DNA of 64,000 nt from Provencibacterium sp. (GCA_022792175.1 JAAWAN010000020.1:124745-188744), one strand, 5' to 3'. Numbered from the stretch's first letter, positions 49,209-59,354 are shown. Translations and numbers: made by a program. Notes: a model not told the origin generated them from the letters alone.

Positions 49209-50615
49209 CTACAAAATATCCTTTAAATTTTTCAGCTCCTCCTCTACCGCATCGGCCGCTTCCCCATTCGACATAAACAGCGAAGCGTAGCGATAGAGCG
49301 CGAAGCCGCCATAATGTGACTGCTCCCGGGAAAAGGCAACCATTTTTGCGAGCAGGTCGGTGTTCTCTATCCATTCCCTGCTGCCCGTGCCTGCCCATAT
49401 GTCCTCCTGCCCGATTTTATAGGGCGCCAGGCCGACATACAGCTGGATGGTATCCACCTTAATCATCCGGTTCCAGCTTTCGACCGTGCTCTTAAACGGG
49501 GCAGTCTCATTTTGAATGCCAAAATAAATCTGGGGACATATGTAATCCACATAGCCCTCAGTGGAGAGCCACTTCGCTACATCGATGAACTGCTCGTTGT
49601 AGTTAATATCGTTATTTCCCTGCGGTGAAATGCCGAACAGCAGGCGGCTGTTTGTCTGTTTCACCGTCTCATAGACCTCGCGGATCAGAAGGTTGACATT
49701 TTCCCGCCGCCACGCCTGCTGGCTCAGCTCTCCGCCCTGCGCGCGGTAGCTTTCATAGCTTTTCTGGTCGAAGTCCAGCAAAGGGGTAGGATAAAAATAA
49801 TCGTCAAACTGTATGCCATCCACCTCATAGTTTTCAATAATCTCCCGGACGCCGTCCACAATCAGCTGCCGGGCCTTCTCACTGCCCGGGTTGAGATACA
49901 GCCCGCCCTCATAGCGGATGACATCGTCCGTCCCCTCTTCTTCCCACTGTGCGGCAGGATTCTCGCTGCTTAAGGGTTTGTCTGTCCCCGATGTCCGTAT
50001 GCGGTAGGGATTTATCCAGGCATCAATGCGCAGCTTTCGGCTCTTTGCCTCTTCCACCATTACCTGCAGAGGATCGAAACCCGGATCCTGCCCTTCGGTC
50101 CCGGTTATCACATAGGACCAGGGAAAATAATGGGAGGAGTAAAGTGCATCGCCAAACGGGCGCACCTGCACAAAGACAGTGTTCAGCCCTAGGTCTTTGA
50201 TATGATCGAAGGCCTCCGCAATATTGACGCGGAATTCTGTTTCGTTTCTTCCGGTCAAGAGCTCCTGCCATTCCAGATAGGAGAGCCAGGTGGCACGCAC
50301 CTCGCCGGATATTTCTGCCGCAGCGGGCTGCTGCTCCTGCGAAGCGGAAGATTCCTCTTTTGAGGCCTGCGACTCCTCCGGCTCAGAAACTTCCGTCGGC
50401 GCCTGCGCCGGGGCATCCTCCTGGGAGGATGCCGATTCCAGCGGCGGCTGCTCTAAAGCATCCGGATACTCTTCAGGATAGTCGGAGGGACGGCTTTCCG
50501 GCGTTTGCAGCCAGATGGTTTTACTGACCGTATCATAAGGGATCTCGGCCGGTTCGGCCGAGCAGGCCGAAAAAAGCATCAGCGCGGCCAGTAAAAAAGG
50601 AAGAAGCTTTCGCAT
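49209..50615 (-). CDS. Glycosyl hydrolase-like 10 (DigH-like) lipoprotein
   Basis: Lipobox FSAC; RATWL, GLNTVFVQVRP, DPLQ, AWINPYR, DGIQFDDYFYP, DYICPQIY. Confidence 0.85.
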   Translation of the reverse strand: MRKLLPFLLAALMLFSACSAEPAEIPYDTVSKTIWLQTPESRPSDYPEEYPDALEQPPLESASSQEDAPAQAPTEVSEPEESQASKEESSASQEQQPAAAEISGEVRATWLSYLEWQELLTGRNETEFRVNIAEAFDHIKDLGLNTVFVQVRPFGDALYSSHYFPWSYVITGTEGQDPGFDPLQVMVEEAKSRKLRIDAWINPYRIRTSGTDKPLSSENPAAQWEEEGTDDVIRYEGGLYLNPGSEKARQLIVDGVREIIENYEVDGIQFDDYFYPTPLLDFDQKSYESYRAQGGELSQQAWRRENVNLLIREVYETVKQTNSRLLFGISPQGNNDINYNEQFIDVAKWLSTEGYVDYICPQIYFGIQNETAPFKSTVESWNRMIKVDTIQLYVGLAPYKIGQEDIWAGTGSREWIENTDLLAKMVAFSREQSHYGGFALYRYASLFMSNGEAADAVEEELKNLKDIL

Positions 50616-50843
50616 GGTTACCTCCCCAGCAGTGATCGATAAAATATGGAAACCGTTTAAGGACAATATGGACTTATTTTACACCAACCGGAAAGCAGGG
50701 TCAACATTTTTCCCGGAATATACCCTACCCCTATACTATCCGCTCTAGCAGACAGATATGTATAAAAACAGCAAAATCCCTCTGCAGAGCGCTCCTCTGC
50801 AGAAGGATTTGTCTGTCTTTATACACGGGCATGAGCCTATGTA

Positions 50844-51218
50844 TCAGCCATGTCCGCCATTATCAAGGCTCAGGCCCAGGCTGATGCCGATTGCCTCATC
50901 TACCGCATGCATGGCAGTGGTATCCAGCCGGCCCATTCGTTCCTTCAGCCGCTTTTTATCAATGGTGCGCACCTGCTCGAGCAGCACTACGCTGTCGCGG
51001 GAAAGCCCGCAATTCTCCGAGGGCAGCTCGATATGCGTAGGAAGCTTGGATTTATCCTTTTGGGAGGTAATTGCTGCCGCAATCACCGTAGGGCTGAATT
51101 TATTGCCAACATCATTTTGAACAATCAGCACAGGGCGAATGCCGCCCTGCTCGGAACCAACCACCGGACTGAGGTCCGCATAGTAGATTTCTCCTCTTTT
51201 GACCGTCACGCCTATCAC
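50844..51218 (-). CDS. mazF: MazF/PemK family endoribonuclease (NdoA/EndoA-like)
   Basis: KRGEIYYADLSPVVGSEQGGIRPVLIVQNDVGN..SPT, LLEQVRTIDKKRL; start GTG 51218 or 51209. Confidence 0.95.
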   Translation of the reverse strand: MIGVTVKRGEIYYADLSPVVGSEQGGIRPVLIVQNDVGNKFSPTVIAAAITSQKDKSKLPTHIELPSENCGLSRDSVVLLEQVRTIDKKRLKERMGRLDTTAMHAVDEAIGISLGLSLDNGGHG

Positions 51219-51536
51219 GCTCCGCCTTCCATTTTTTTCACATTCTGCGGCGTACTCCCCTGAAAAGAGAAAACCGCCGCCTGCTTTCTACTTTATCATG
51301 GCCGCATTTTCTGCCGGATATACATATGGCAGGCAGAGGCCCTGCCAATCTATCCTATTATCAGCAAAGGAAAATTGACAGCAAAAGGCTGCGAAGGCCA
51401 GAGCAGCCTGTTCTGACCTTCGCGCCCTTACAGGAGAAAGAGGCAATCTGTATTTGAACAAATACAAGGTGTGATTCATTCTTAAAATCTGTCTGCCGTC
51501 TGGCGGCCGCCGCCTGGCAAGTGGTTTTCTTCTTAC

Positions 51537-51573
51537 AAAAAACGGGACAGCCTCCCTTATGGAAGCTGTCCCG
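51537..51573 (-). terminator. Terminator ending the acpS operon upstream of mazF
   Basis: CGGGACAGC / GCTGTCCCG stem followed by TTTTTT on the - strand. Confidence 0.8.
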
Positions 51574-51603
51574 AACGAATGGCTCTGCTTTTATTTACCG
51601 CGT

Positions 51604-52122
51604 TTATCCGACTGCCTGAGGGACCGGCTCGCTCAGTTCGGCAGCAAATCTGAGATCTGGCATCAAAATTTTTTGAGGCAGAAGGCTCTGCTCCTCTAAA
51701 AACACCTCCAGGCGCCCATGCTCGCTTTCCAGCTGCAGCGAACGGGAGAGAGTCATCTTCTCCCCGTTTATCCTGCAGAGTGCATCCTGCAAAAGGGTCA
51801 GCACCGATGAGGCAGGAGCGGCAGCACTGTTAACCGAAACGCACAGGCCGGTATATTCCGCCTGCAGCACCCCTTCCTGCAGCCACAGCGTTAAACCGGC
51901 AATATTTTCAGGGGAATCTACCGTCAGCCGGGTTTCTCCGCTGGAAAAGCGCTCCAGCTTACCCTGTAAAGCAGTTTTACTGTACACCACCTGAACAGCG
52001 GTAATATAAGGGTCCGGCAGCCGGATAACGGAATTCTCCGGATTTTTGGGTGCATGCGAACAGCCTGCCAGGCACAGAACAAAAAGCAGCGCGAGCCATT
52101 GCCCTCGAAAGCTCTTTCTCAA
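51604..52122 (-). CDS. Hypothetical lipoprotein
   Basis: Lipobox LAGC; occupies the slot after acpS/nnr. Confidence 0.7.
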   Translation of the reverse strand: MRKSFRGQWLALLFVLCLAGCSHAPKNPENSVIRLPDPYITAVQVVYSKTALQGKLERFSSGETRLTVDSPENIAGLTLWLQEGVLQAEYTGLCVSVNSAAAPASSVLTLLQDALCRINGEKMTLSRSLQLESEHGRLEVFLEEQSLLPQKILMPDLRFAAELSEPVPQAVG

Positions 52123-52218
52123 AAAAACTCCCCCATTTTTTGAATGCTGTTTTCTTTTTGGGAAAACAAATTTCAGAAAACGGGAAATCTCAAAATACCT
52201 TATACCTTTTTGCTTCTT

Positions 52219-53091
52219 CTACCGTCCGTTGCGCAGGAAGATTTCCGGCAGAAAAGATAATATATCCTCCGGCTGCATACAAAAGCGGCTCATTTTCCAG
52301 GCACAGAGGTCGGCGGCCGCCCCATGCAGATAAACCCCGCAGGCGGCCGCCCAAAGTGCGGGAATTCCCTGCGCGAGCAGCGAGCCAATCATTCCACTGA
52401 GCAGATCCCCGCTGCCCGCCTTGGCCAGTCCACTGTTCCCGGAAGGATTTTCCAGTATCTCTCCTGCGGGAGAAGCAATCAGCGTATGCGGCCCTTTAAG
52501 AACGGTTACCGCCCCCGTTTTTTCTGCGCAGGCAGCGGCGGCCTTCGTCCGGTGCGCATGCACCCATTCGGCCGGCTTTCCCAGCAAGCGGCCCATCTCC
52601 CCTTCATGCGGCGTTAATATACGCTCCCGTTTTCCACAGGCTATATCTATGCAGCCGCCCAGAGCGTTTATGCCGTCTGCATCGAGCAGTACCGGCTCTT
52701 CATAACCCTGCAAAACGGTGTGCACCAGTGTGCGGGTGTCCTCATCCAGCCCCAGTCCGCAGCCGATAACCAGCGCATGGTAGCCGGCTGCCCGCTTCAA
52801 AATATCCGGGGCCGCCCGGCAGGAGATGCGCCCCGCCTCGTTTTCCGCCATCGGGTCATAGGTCGGCGTCAGCAGGTGAAAGGAGGCACTTTGGCAGACG
52901 AAGGGCGTCGATGCCAGCGTCAGATAACCGCAGCCGGCGCGCAGGGCGCCTAAGAGGGTTAAAACCGGCGCACCGATAAAGGAGCGGCAGCCCGCAACGA
53001 TATACAGTCTTCCGGCAGAGGATTTGTGCAGGTCCTCCGCCTTTGGCGGAATATGGGAAAAAACCATCCCTTCGTTCAGTAAGATACTCAA
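52219..53091 (-). CDS. nnrD: ADP-dependent NAD(P)H-hydrate dehydratase (no epimerase domain)
   Basis: HKSSAG, GCGLG, LLDADG, LTPHEGE, VLKGPHT, GNSGLAKAGSGD.LSG. Confidence 0.88.
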   Translation of the reverse strand: MSILLNEGMVFSHIPPKAEDLHKSSAGRLYIVAGCRSFIGAPVLTLLGALRAGCGYLTLASTPFVCQSASFHLLTPTYDPMAENEAGRISCRAAPDILKRAAGYHALVIGCGLGLDEDTRTLVHTVLQGYEEPVLLDADGINALGGCIDIACGKRERILTPHEGEMGRLLGKPAEWVHAHRTKAAAACAEKTGAVTVLKGPHTLIASPAGEILENPSGNSGLAKAGSGDLLSGMIGSLLAQGIPALWAAACGVYLHGAAADLCAWKMSRFCMQPEDILSFLPEIFLRNGR

Positions 53092-53462
53092 TCTTCTCCC
53101 CCCTCACAGGCAATGACAACAGCCGTGGCATAATGTGGGCAGTGGCTGATGCTGACGCTAAAGCGAAGGCGCATCTTCCCGGCAAGCTCCTTGGCGCGGC
53201 CGGACAGTCGGATAAACGGCGCTCCCCTTTCATCCCGCAGAATCGAAACCTCCGGAAGCGAAAAACCGCGGACGCCGGTCCCCAGTGCCTTGGCAAATGC
53301 CTCCTTTGCGCAGAAGTTGCCGGCCATGGTCGCGGCAGACATTTTCCTCTCCCGAAAAAGCGCTATCTCCTCCGCTGAAAAAACCCTCGTTAGAAAACGA
53401 GGGTTTTGGGAGGAGCGGCGAATGCGATCGATCTCTTCAATATCCGTTCCGACGCGCATCAC
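53088..53462 (-). CDS. acpS: Holo-[acyl-carrier-protein] synthase
   Basis: VGTDI, FCAKEAFAKALGTG, SISH. Confidence 0.95.
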   Translation of the reverse strand: MMRVGTDIEEIDRIRRSSQNPRFLTRVFSAEEIALFRERKMSAATMAGNFCAKEAFAKALGTGVRGFSLPEVSILRDERGAPFIRLSGRAKELAGKMRLRFSVSISHCPHYATAVVIACEGGED

Positions 53463-54001
53463 TGTGCCGCCTTCTTTACGAAAACCTGAAAGGCCAGCTG
53501 CTTGGAAATAAACGGACGGATTGCCTCAAGCAGCCGCTCGCTGGTATTAAATACCAGCAGCGTATGTCCGTGCTTGGAGTGCTTGAAGCTGGCATACCAG
53601 ACATCCGGGTCGCTCGGACTGGAGCAGGCCATAATCCGGGTCTGATACTGCTTATTCTGATGCTCGGCCGCGCGGTAGGGACCCAGAGCCTCAAAGGAGG
53701 AACACTTCACCGAAAGCAGGCGCTTGCGGGAATTCCGGTTCATGATTTTGTCAATATCCATGTCCCCGTTGGTCAACAGGTATTCATATTCCAGGTTCAT
53801 CATACTGATTAGCCGATAAGCACCATAAATGGCTCCGAATGCTATCAGATAACCAAACATGGAAAACATTCCCAAAATTGGAGAAAGAAGAAAAAGAAGG
53901 ATCGCAATAACGGCCGCAGCCAGTACAATCAGAATTTTCAGAAGAATATCCTTCGAAGTGGAACGTTTTTTTACCAGATATTCAATGTAGGTGTCCGCCA
54001 T
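53459..54001 (-). CDS. DUF6106-like membrane protein
   Basis: E.LVKK, two TMs, EYEY....G..DIDKI....RK. Confidence 0.7.
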   Translation of the reverse strand: MADTYIEYLVKKRSTSKDILLKILIVLAAAVIAILLFLLSPILGMFSMFGYLIAFGAIYGAYRLISMMNLEYEYLLTNGDMDIDKIMNRNSRKRLLSVKCSSFEALGPYRAAEHQNKQYQTRIMACSSPSDPDVWYASFKHSKHGHTLLVFNTSERLLEAIRPFISKQLAFQVFVKKAAQ

Positions 54002-54202
54002 CTTTGAAGCATTCCTTTCTTTGAGAGGCCGAGTCATTCTTCCCACTGGCAGATTTTTTGCCCGCGCGGCCTCTCGTGTTTCACTCAGTATATCATACAA
54101 ATTATAAAGGTTCAATCTCTTTTTTGTGAATGAACCTTTTCAGAAAGCAGCCTTTGAAGCTTAACCCTGCCAGAAAAAATGAAAGATATTTAAAAATAGG
54201 AC

Positions 54203-54231
54203 TTGCAGAATCATATTCCCTGTGCTATAAT
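54203..54231 (+). promoter_or_regulatory. SigA-type promoter of pheST
   Basis: TTGCAG - 17 bp - TATAAT with TG extension. Confidence 0.7.
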
Positions 54232-54261
54232 AAATGCCAATTTCAAATTTATCGTGTTAAA

Positions 54262-54552
54262 CATGCTGACTGAGAGAGTAGGGCGGTTTGTCCCATCCAA
54301 CAGAGAGGAGCGGCGATGCGCTGAAAGCCGCCTGCTTGGCCGCTGCCTGAAGTTCACTCACGAGTGGTGTTGTCTGAACCCGGTTCTTCTCCATAAAGGA
54401 AAAGCTGGCAGTAAGCGGCAACGGATAGCAACCGTTAACAGCTGATAAAGCGCCATCCTTCAAAAAAGGATGGAATTGCGGGTGGTACCGCGGAAGGCAG
54501 GCTGACAGCAGCTCTTTCGTCCTGTAGGAAAAGGACGAAAGAGCTGTTTTTG
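54262..54552 (+). promoter_or_regulatory. T-box riboswitch (Phe)
   Basis: AGTA and CAGAGA elements; specifier CTGAAG-TTC (54353-54355); GGTGGTACCGCG at 54481; terminator CAGCTCTTTCGTCCT/AGGACGAAAGAGCTG plus T run. Confidence 0.92.
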
Positions 54553-54588
54553 ATTTACCGGAAAACAGCTGAAAGGAAGGAAGACCCG

Positions 54589-55608
54589 ATGAAAAACGCA
54601 ATCGAAAATATACGCTCGCTGGCGCACAAAGCACTCGAGCAGGCCGCCAGCCCCAAAGAAATTGATGAAATACGCATCCGCTTTCTGGGAAAAAAGGGAG
54701 AAATCACCGCCATTCTCAAGCAGATGGGCTCGCTCTCTGCTGAAGAGCGCCCCAAGATCGGGCAGCTGGCCAATGAGGTTCGCGCGCACATTGAAAAGGA
54801 AATTGAGGGAAGGATTGCCACTCTTAAAAAAGCCGAGCTGGATCGACGGCTGCTGGCGGAAAAAATCGATGTAACCCTCCCAGGCAGTATGCAGCCGATC
54901 GGTCATCAGCATCCGCTCTCCCAGGTGCTGGGTGAGGTGCAGGATATCTTTCTGGGTATGGGCTTCTCTGTTGCGGAGGGCCCCGAGGTGGAAACCGATT
55001 ACTATAACTTCGAAGCGCTGAACCTGCCGAAAAACCATCCCGCCCGCGATACGCAGGATACCTTTTATATCTCGGAAAACATCCTGCTGCGCACCCAGAC
55101 CTCTCCCGTACAAATTCGCGTCATGGAGAAGCAGCAACCGCCTATCCGCGTTATCGCTCCCGGACGTGTTTACCGTTCGGATGCGGTAGACGCCACCCAT
55201 TCCCCGGTTTTCCATCAGATTGAAGGGCTGGTCGTGGACAAGGGCGTTACCATGGCCGACCTCAAGGGAACGCTGGAAACCTTCGTCAAGCAGCTGTATG
55301 GCTCCGAGTCGGTCGTGCGTTTCCGTCCCCACCACTTCCCCTTCACCGAGCCCTCCGCTGAAATGGACATTATGTGCTTCGAATGCCATGGCAAGGGGTG
55401 CAGCCTCTGCAAAAAGGAGGGCTGGATTGAGATCCTCGGCTGCGGAATGGTGCATCCCAAGGTGCTGCAGAATGTCGGACTGGACCCCGAGGTATACAGC
55501 GGCTTCGCATTCGGCATAGGGCTCGAACGGATTGTAATGCGCCGCTACAACATTAAGGACCTGCGCCTGTTTTATGAGAACGATATCCGCTTCCTTGAAC
55601 AGTTTTAA
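54589..55608 (+). CDS. pheS: Phenylalanine--tRNA ligase alpha subunit
   Basis: [46 protein letters not shown]. Confidence 0.97.
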   Translation: MKNAIENIRSLAHKALEQAASPKEIDEIRIRFLGKKGEITAILKQMGSLSAEERPKIGQLANEVRAHIEKEIEGRIATLKKAELDRRLLAEKIDVTLPGSMQPIGHQHPLSQVLGEVQDIFLGMGFSVAEGPEVETDYYNFEALNLPKNHPARDTQDTFYISENILLRTQTSPVQIRVMEKQQPPIRVIAPGRVYRSDAVDATHSPVFHQIEGLVVDKGVTMADLKGTLETFVKQLYGSESVVRFRPHHFPFTEPSAEMDIMCFECHGKGCSLCKKEGWIEILGCGMVHPKVLQNVGLDPEVYSGFAFGIGLERIVMRRYNIKDLRLFYENDIRFLEQF

Positions 55609-55688
55609 TGCTGGCCGTGCAAAAAACAAGCTGTTTTTAATAACGAAAAATCTGCCGGAGCTTTGCCGGCGGGAAATGGGGGATTACG

Positions 55689-58064
55689 ATGCTTTTATCC
55701 ATGAGATGGCTCTCTGATTATGTAAAAATAGATGAACCTATCCATGATTTCTGTGAAAAAATGACCATGTCCGGTTCAAAGGTGGAGTCGTATTCCACTG
55801 AAGGGGAGGAAATCTCCAAGGTGGTTGTCGGCAGGGTGCTCTCGGTCGTCAAACATCCGAACGCCGATTCGCTGGTTATCTGTCAGGTGGAAGTCGGGCA
55901 GGAACAGCCGGTTCAGATTGTTACCGGCGCGACTAATGTTGTGCCCGGCGCCCTGGTTCCGGTCGCGCTCGATGGCTCTACCCTGCCTCACGGAGTTTCT
56001 ATCCGCAGGGGAAAGCTGCGCGGCGAGGTTTCCAACGGAATGCTTTGCTCTCTCTCCGAGCTGGGAGTCAGCGTTCACGACTTCCCCTATGCGATTGAGG
56101 ATGGCATCTTCCTGCTGCAGGAGGACTGCGAAATCGGTCAGGATATTCGTTCGGCCATCGGCTTAAACGATACGGTCGTCGATTTTGAAATTACCTCCAA
56201 CCGGCCGGACTGCCTGAGCATTACCGGACTTGCGAGAGAGGCCTCCGCCACCTTCAAAGCATCGCTGATGATTCCGCAGCCTCTCGTTCGTTCGGAAAGC
56301 GGAAGGGTGGAAGACCTTCTCAATGTGGAGGTGCAGAACACCGATCTCTGCCTGCGGTATATCGGCCGGGTGGTCAAAAATGTCAAAATCGGCCCCTCCC
56401 CGCGCTGGATGCGCGAGCGGCTGCGCGCCTGCGGCGTGCGCCCCATCAACAACATCGTGGATATCACCAACTATGTGATGCTGGAATATGGGCAGCCGAT
56501 GCATGCCTTTGACTACAGCCTTGTCAAGGGCGGAAAGATTGTGGTGCGCAACGCCCGCGAAGGGGAAACCATTACCACGCTGGACGGTATAGAGCGCCGC
56601 CTCTCCCCCTCCATGCTGGTCATTGCTGACTGCGAAAGACCCACTGCCGTCGCCGGTGTTATGGGCGGAGAATACAGCGGCATTATGGAGGATACCCAGA
56701 CGATCGTTTTTGAATCTGCCTGTTTTGACGGCGGCTCGGTCCGCCTGACAGCGAAAGCGCTGGGAATGCGCACCGAAAGCTCGTCGCGCTATGAAAAGGG
56801 CCTGGACCCGAACACCTGCCTGCCGGCTATTCAGCGCGCCTGCGAGCTGGTGGAGCTGCTGGGCGCCGGCGAAGTGGTCGGCGGCATGATTGATTCAAAT
56901 CCCGCCGGACGTGCCGCTGCTACCCTTCCTTTCACTCCCGACTGGATCAACCGTTTTCTGGGTATTGAGCTCTCTGAAAAGGAAATGATTGAGATTCTGC
57001 AGTCTATCGGCTTTTCTGTTTTCGAAGGCCGGATCACCGTTCCCACCTGGCGTGCAGATATCGAATGCGGGGCGGATGTAGCAGAGGAAATTGCCCGCTT
57101 TTATGGCTACAACCGCATCCCCACCACCAGCCTGAGAGGCTCCGCACAGGGCAGCCTGACCAGCGAGCAGAAGTTTACTCGGCGCATCCATCAAACGCTG
57201 CTGGCACAGGGGTTAAGCGAAATTATCACCTATACCTTCATCAGCCCAAAGAATTATGATAAAATCGAGTTGCCGCAGCAAAGCGAGCTGCGCCGTTCAC
57301 TCGTTATCCAGAATCCGCTCGGCGAGGATACCAGCATCATGCGCACCACCGCCCTCCCCTCGCTGCTGGATATTGTGGCGCGCAACTACAATAACCGCAA
57401 TGAAGCCGCGCTGCTCTATGAAATCGGAACTGAGTATACCCCCACCCGCGAAGGGGAGCTTCCGCTCGAGCATCAGCAGATTACCTTGGGCGGATATCGG
57501 GAGGGCTATGATTTCTTCCAGCTTAAGGGCGTTATCGTCACCCTGCTCGAGAAGCTGAATGTTGTCGGCTATGAGTTCATTCAGAAAACGGACCATCCCA
57601 CCTTCCATCCCGGGCGCTGCGCCGAGCTGACGGTGAATGGCGAGAGCTGCGGCATCTTCGGCGAAATTCATCCGAAGGTAGCGGAAAATTATGGCGTGGG
57701 TACGCGCATCTATGCGGCGAGCATCCGGGTAGAGGTACTCTACCGGAACCATCAGCCGCTTAAAGACTGCCGGCCGCTTCCCCGCTTCCCTGCCTCAATG
57801 CGCGATCTGGCGCTCATCTGCGAGGAGAATATGCCTGCGGCGGAGCTGGAAAAGGCCATTCGCTCTTCCGTTGGCCCGGTGCTCGAACGACTCCGGCTGT
57901 TTGATGTCTACCAAGGTGCACAGATTCCCTCCGGGAAAAAGAGCATTGCCTACTCGCTTTCCCTGCGCGCCGGCGACCATACCCTCACCGATGAGGAGGC
58001 CGATGCTGCCGTAAAGCGTGCGCTCAAGGCGCTGGATAAAATTGGCGTTTCCCTGCGCGCTTAG
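55689..58064 (+). CDS. pheT: Phenylalanine--tRNA ligase beta subunit
   Basis: HPNAD.L, RGEVSNGMLCS, TSNRPDCLS, NNIVDITNYVMLEYGQP.H.FD, FHPGR, C-terminal anticodon-binding domain. Confidence 0.97.
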   Translation: MLLSMRWLSDYVKIDEPIHDFCEKMTMSGSKVESYSTEGEEISKVVVGRVLSVVKHPNADSLVICQVEVGQEQPVQIVTGATNVVPGALVPVALDGSTLPHGVSIRRGKLRGEVSNGMLCSLSELGVSVHDFPYAIEDGIFLLQEDCEIGQDIRSAIGLNDTVVDFEITSNRPDCLSITGLAREASATFKASLMIPQPLVRSESGRVEDLLNVEVQNTDLCLRYIGRVVKNVKIGPSPRWMRERLRACGVRPINNIVDITNYVMLEYGQPMHAFDYSLVKGGKIVVRNAREGETITTLDGIERRLSPSMLVIADCERPTAVAGVMGGEYSGIMEDTQTIVFESACFDGGSVRLTAKALGMRTESSSRYEKGLDPNTCLPAIQRACELVELLGAGEVVGGMIDSNPAGRAAATLPFTPDWINRFLGIELSEKEMIEILQSIGFSVFEGRITVPTWRADIECGADVAEEIARFYGYNRIPTTSLRGSAQGSLTSEQKFTRRIHQTLLAQGLSEIITYTFISPKNYDKIELPQQSELRRSLVIQNPLGEDTSIMRTTALPSLLDIVARNYNNRNEAALLYEIGTEYTPTREGELPLEHQQITLGGYREGYDFFQLKGVIVTLLEKLNVVGYEFIQKTDHPTFHPGRCAELTVNGESCGIFGEIHPKVAENYGVGTRIYAASIRVEVLYRNHQPLKDCRPLPRFPASMRDLALICEENMPAAELEKAIRSSVGPVLERLRLFDVYQGAQIPSGKKSIAYSLSLRAGDHTLTDEEADAAVKRALKALDKIGVSLRA

Positions 58065-58180
58065 CCGCTTTTCTGGAATTTATTGTAATAAAGCTCCAAA
58101 GCAGAGGCATATTTTTTTCATCATTTACCGCTTGAAAGCAGCGCACAATTGTTGTATCCTAATAGGCAGAGGTGAAAGCT

Positions 58181-58426
58181 ATGCATGAACCTACCATTTC
58201 GTTTACCATTCATGAAGACAAGGAAAAACAGGTGAAGGAAATTCTGACCGCCGTTTATGATGCTCTGCGGCAAAAGGGCTATAACCCTATCAATCAGATT
58301 GTAGGCTATATCCTTTCTGAGGACCCCACCTATATCACCACCTACAACAATGCGCGCAGCCTCATCCGCCGCATCGACCGCGATGAGCTGCTTCAGCTGC
58401 TGGTGAAATCTTATCTGGATGACTGA
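58181..58426 (+). CDS. IreB/ReoM family regulatory phosphoprotein (UPF0297)
   Basis: [33 protein letters not shown]...RDELL. Confidence 0.92.
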   Translation: MHEPTISFTIHEDKEKQVKEILTAVYDALRQKGYNPINQIVGYILSEDPTYITTYNNARSLIRRIDRDELLQLLVKSYLDD

Positions 58427-58567
58427 ATGCTCTGATCTGTAAAGTATACTGCTTTACAGGCATTCAGCCTGCAGAAGAGCTGCACTGCGCAGAATATTGT
58501 TCTTGAAGAGACTGGAAGAAAGCAGATTTGCTGTCTTCCAGTCTCTTTTCTGCTTCGGGCCTCTGCG

Positions 58568-58750
58568 GGAAAAAGAATCTCCTCCGACAGGAGCACCATA
58601 GTGTTATAGGCGAAGATACTCTCTTCATCCCGGGGAGCTCCGACCCTTTTCAGACGATCCATCGTGACAGGCTAAGGAAAAGTCCGCCAAGCGAAAGCAT
58701 ACCAGCTGCCCCGGCGCTCAGGATACGGCGGGGCTCGGGGCGATTTTCCT
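58568..58750 (+). ncRNA. Candidate 6S-like structured RNA
   Basis: About 180 nt intergenic rod: CCGGGGAGCT (58630) pairs AGCTGCCCCGG (58704); imperfect terminal stem; unpaired central region. Strand uncertain. Confidence 0.45.
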
Positions 58751-59060
58751 CCCGATCCGGGTCGAAATTTTTTCCTTGAAAATAGATGAATGTCCGCATA
58801 ACGATTCCTTTAGGAGCGGTTCAGGTGAGCTTGTTATATGATGTACGGCCGCTGTACAGTAAGATTTTTCTGTACTAGCAATGTATAAAAGCTGAAGGTC
58901 TTAAAGCGGTATGAAAGCAGATAGAAAATCCTTTCCTTCATTCTTAAAGACTTTGTTCTGAAATTCCCGGATGTAGGGTTGTACTGTCTTTAAAAATATG
59001 CTATAATTAATATTCAAGTATATGTAAAAAATTATTCTATATAGGAGAGGAGCGGATGAA

Positions 59061-59354
59061 ATGACGCAGGCAAAAGAAAATCAGATGATGATGTACAAGG
59101 GAAAGCCTCTCGTGCGCAGCGGAAACACCATTTACTATGGAAGCATGGCGGACAGATATGTCACCCTGCTACAGGTTCTATCCACCAATGAGTTTCATGG
59201 CATACAGATGGCCTCCAAGGTATCGGTCCAGCTGCTATCCACCGACCCGAACCACGGGCCGAAGGAAAGAATCGTAAAAAAAACCGAAAAGAACGGGCTG
59301 TATAATGCGCTGAATATTGCCAACATCTGGCTGATGCGCTATCTGGAGCAATAG
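59061..59354 (+). CDS. Small hypothetical protein
   Basis: SD AGGAGAGGAG; promoter TTGTAC-17-TGcTATAAT at 58979-59007; YKGKPLVRSGNTIYYG motif. Confidence 0.75.
   Translation: MTQAKENQMMMYKGKPLVRSGNTIYYGSMADRYVTLLQVLSTNEFHGIQMASKVSVQLLSTDPNHGPKERIVKKTEKNGLYNALNIANIWLMRYLEQ

Noticed and set aside
51288-51479. 63-aa ORF upstream of mazF as an antitoxin
   Set aside because: No RHH/AbrB pattern or acidic tail, and it ends 70 bp before mazF rather than being coupled.
58670-58700. AGGAAAAGTCCG as RNase P RNA, or GCGAAAGC as a c-di-GMP riboswitch
   Set aside because: The partner motifs of either RNA are missing and the length does not fit.
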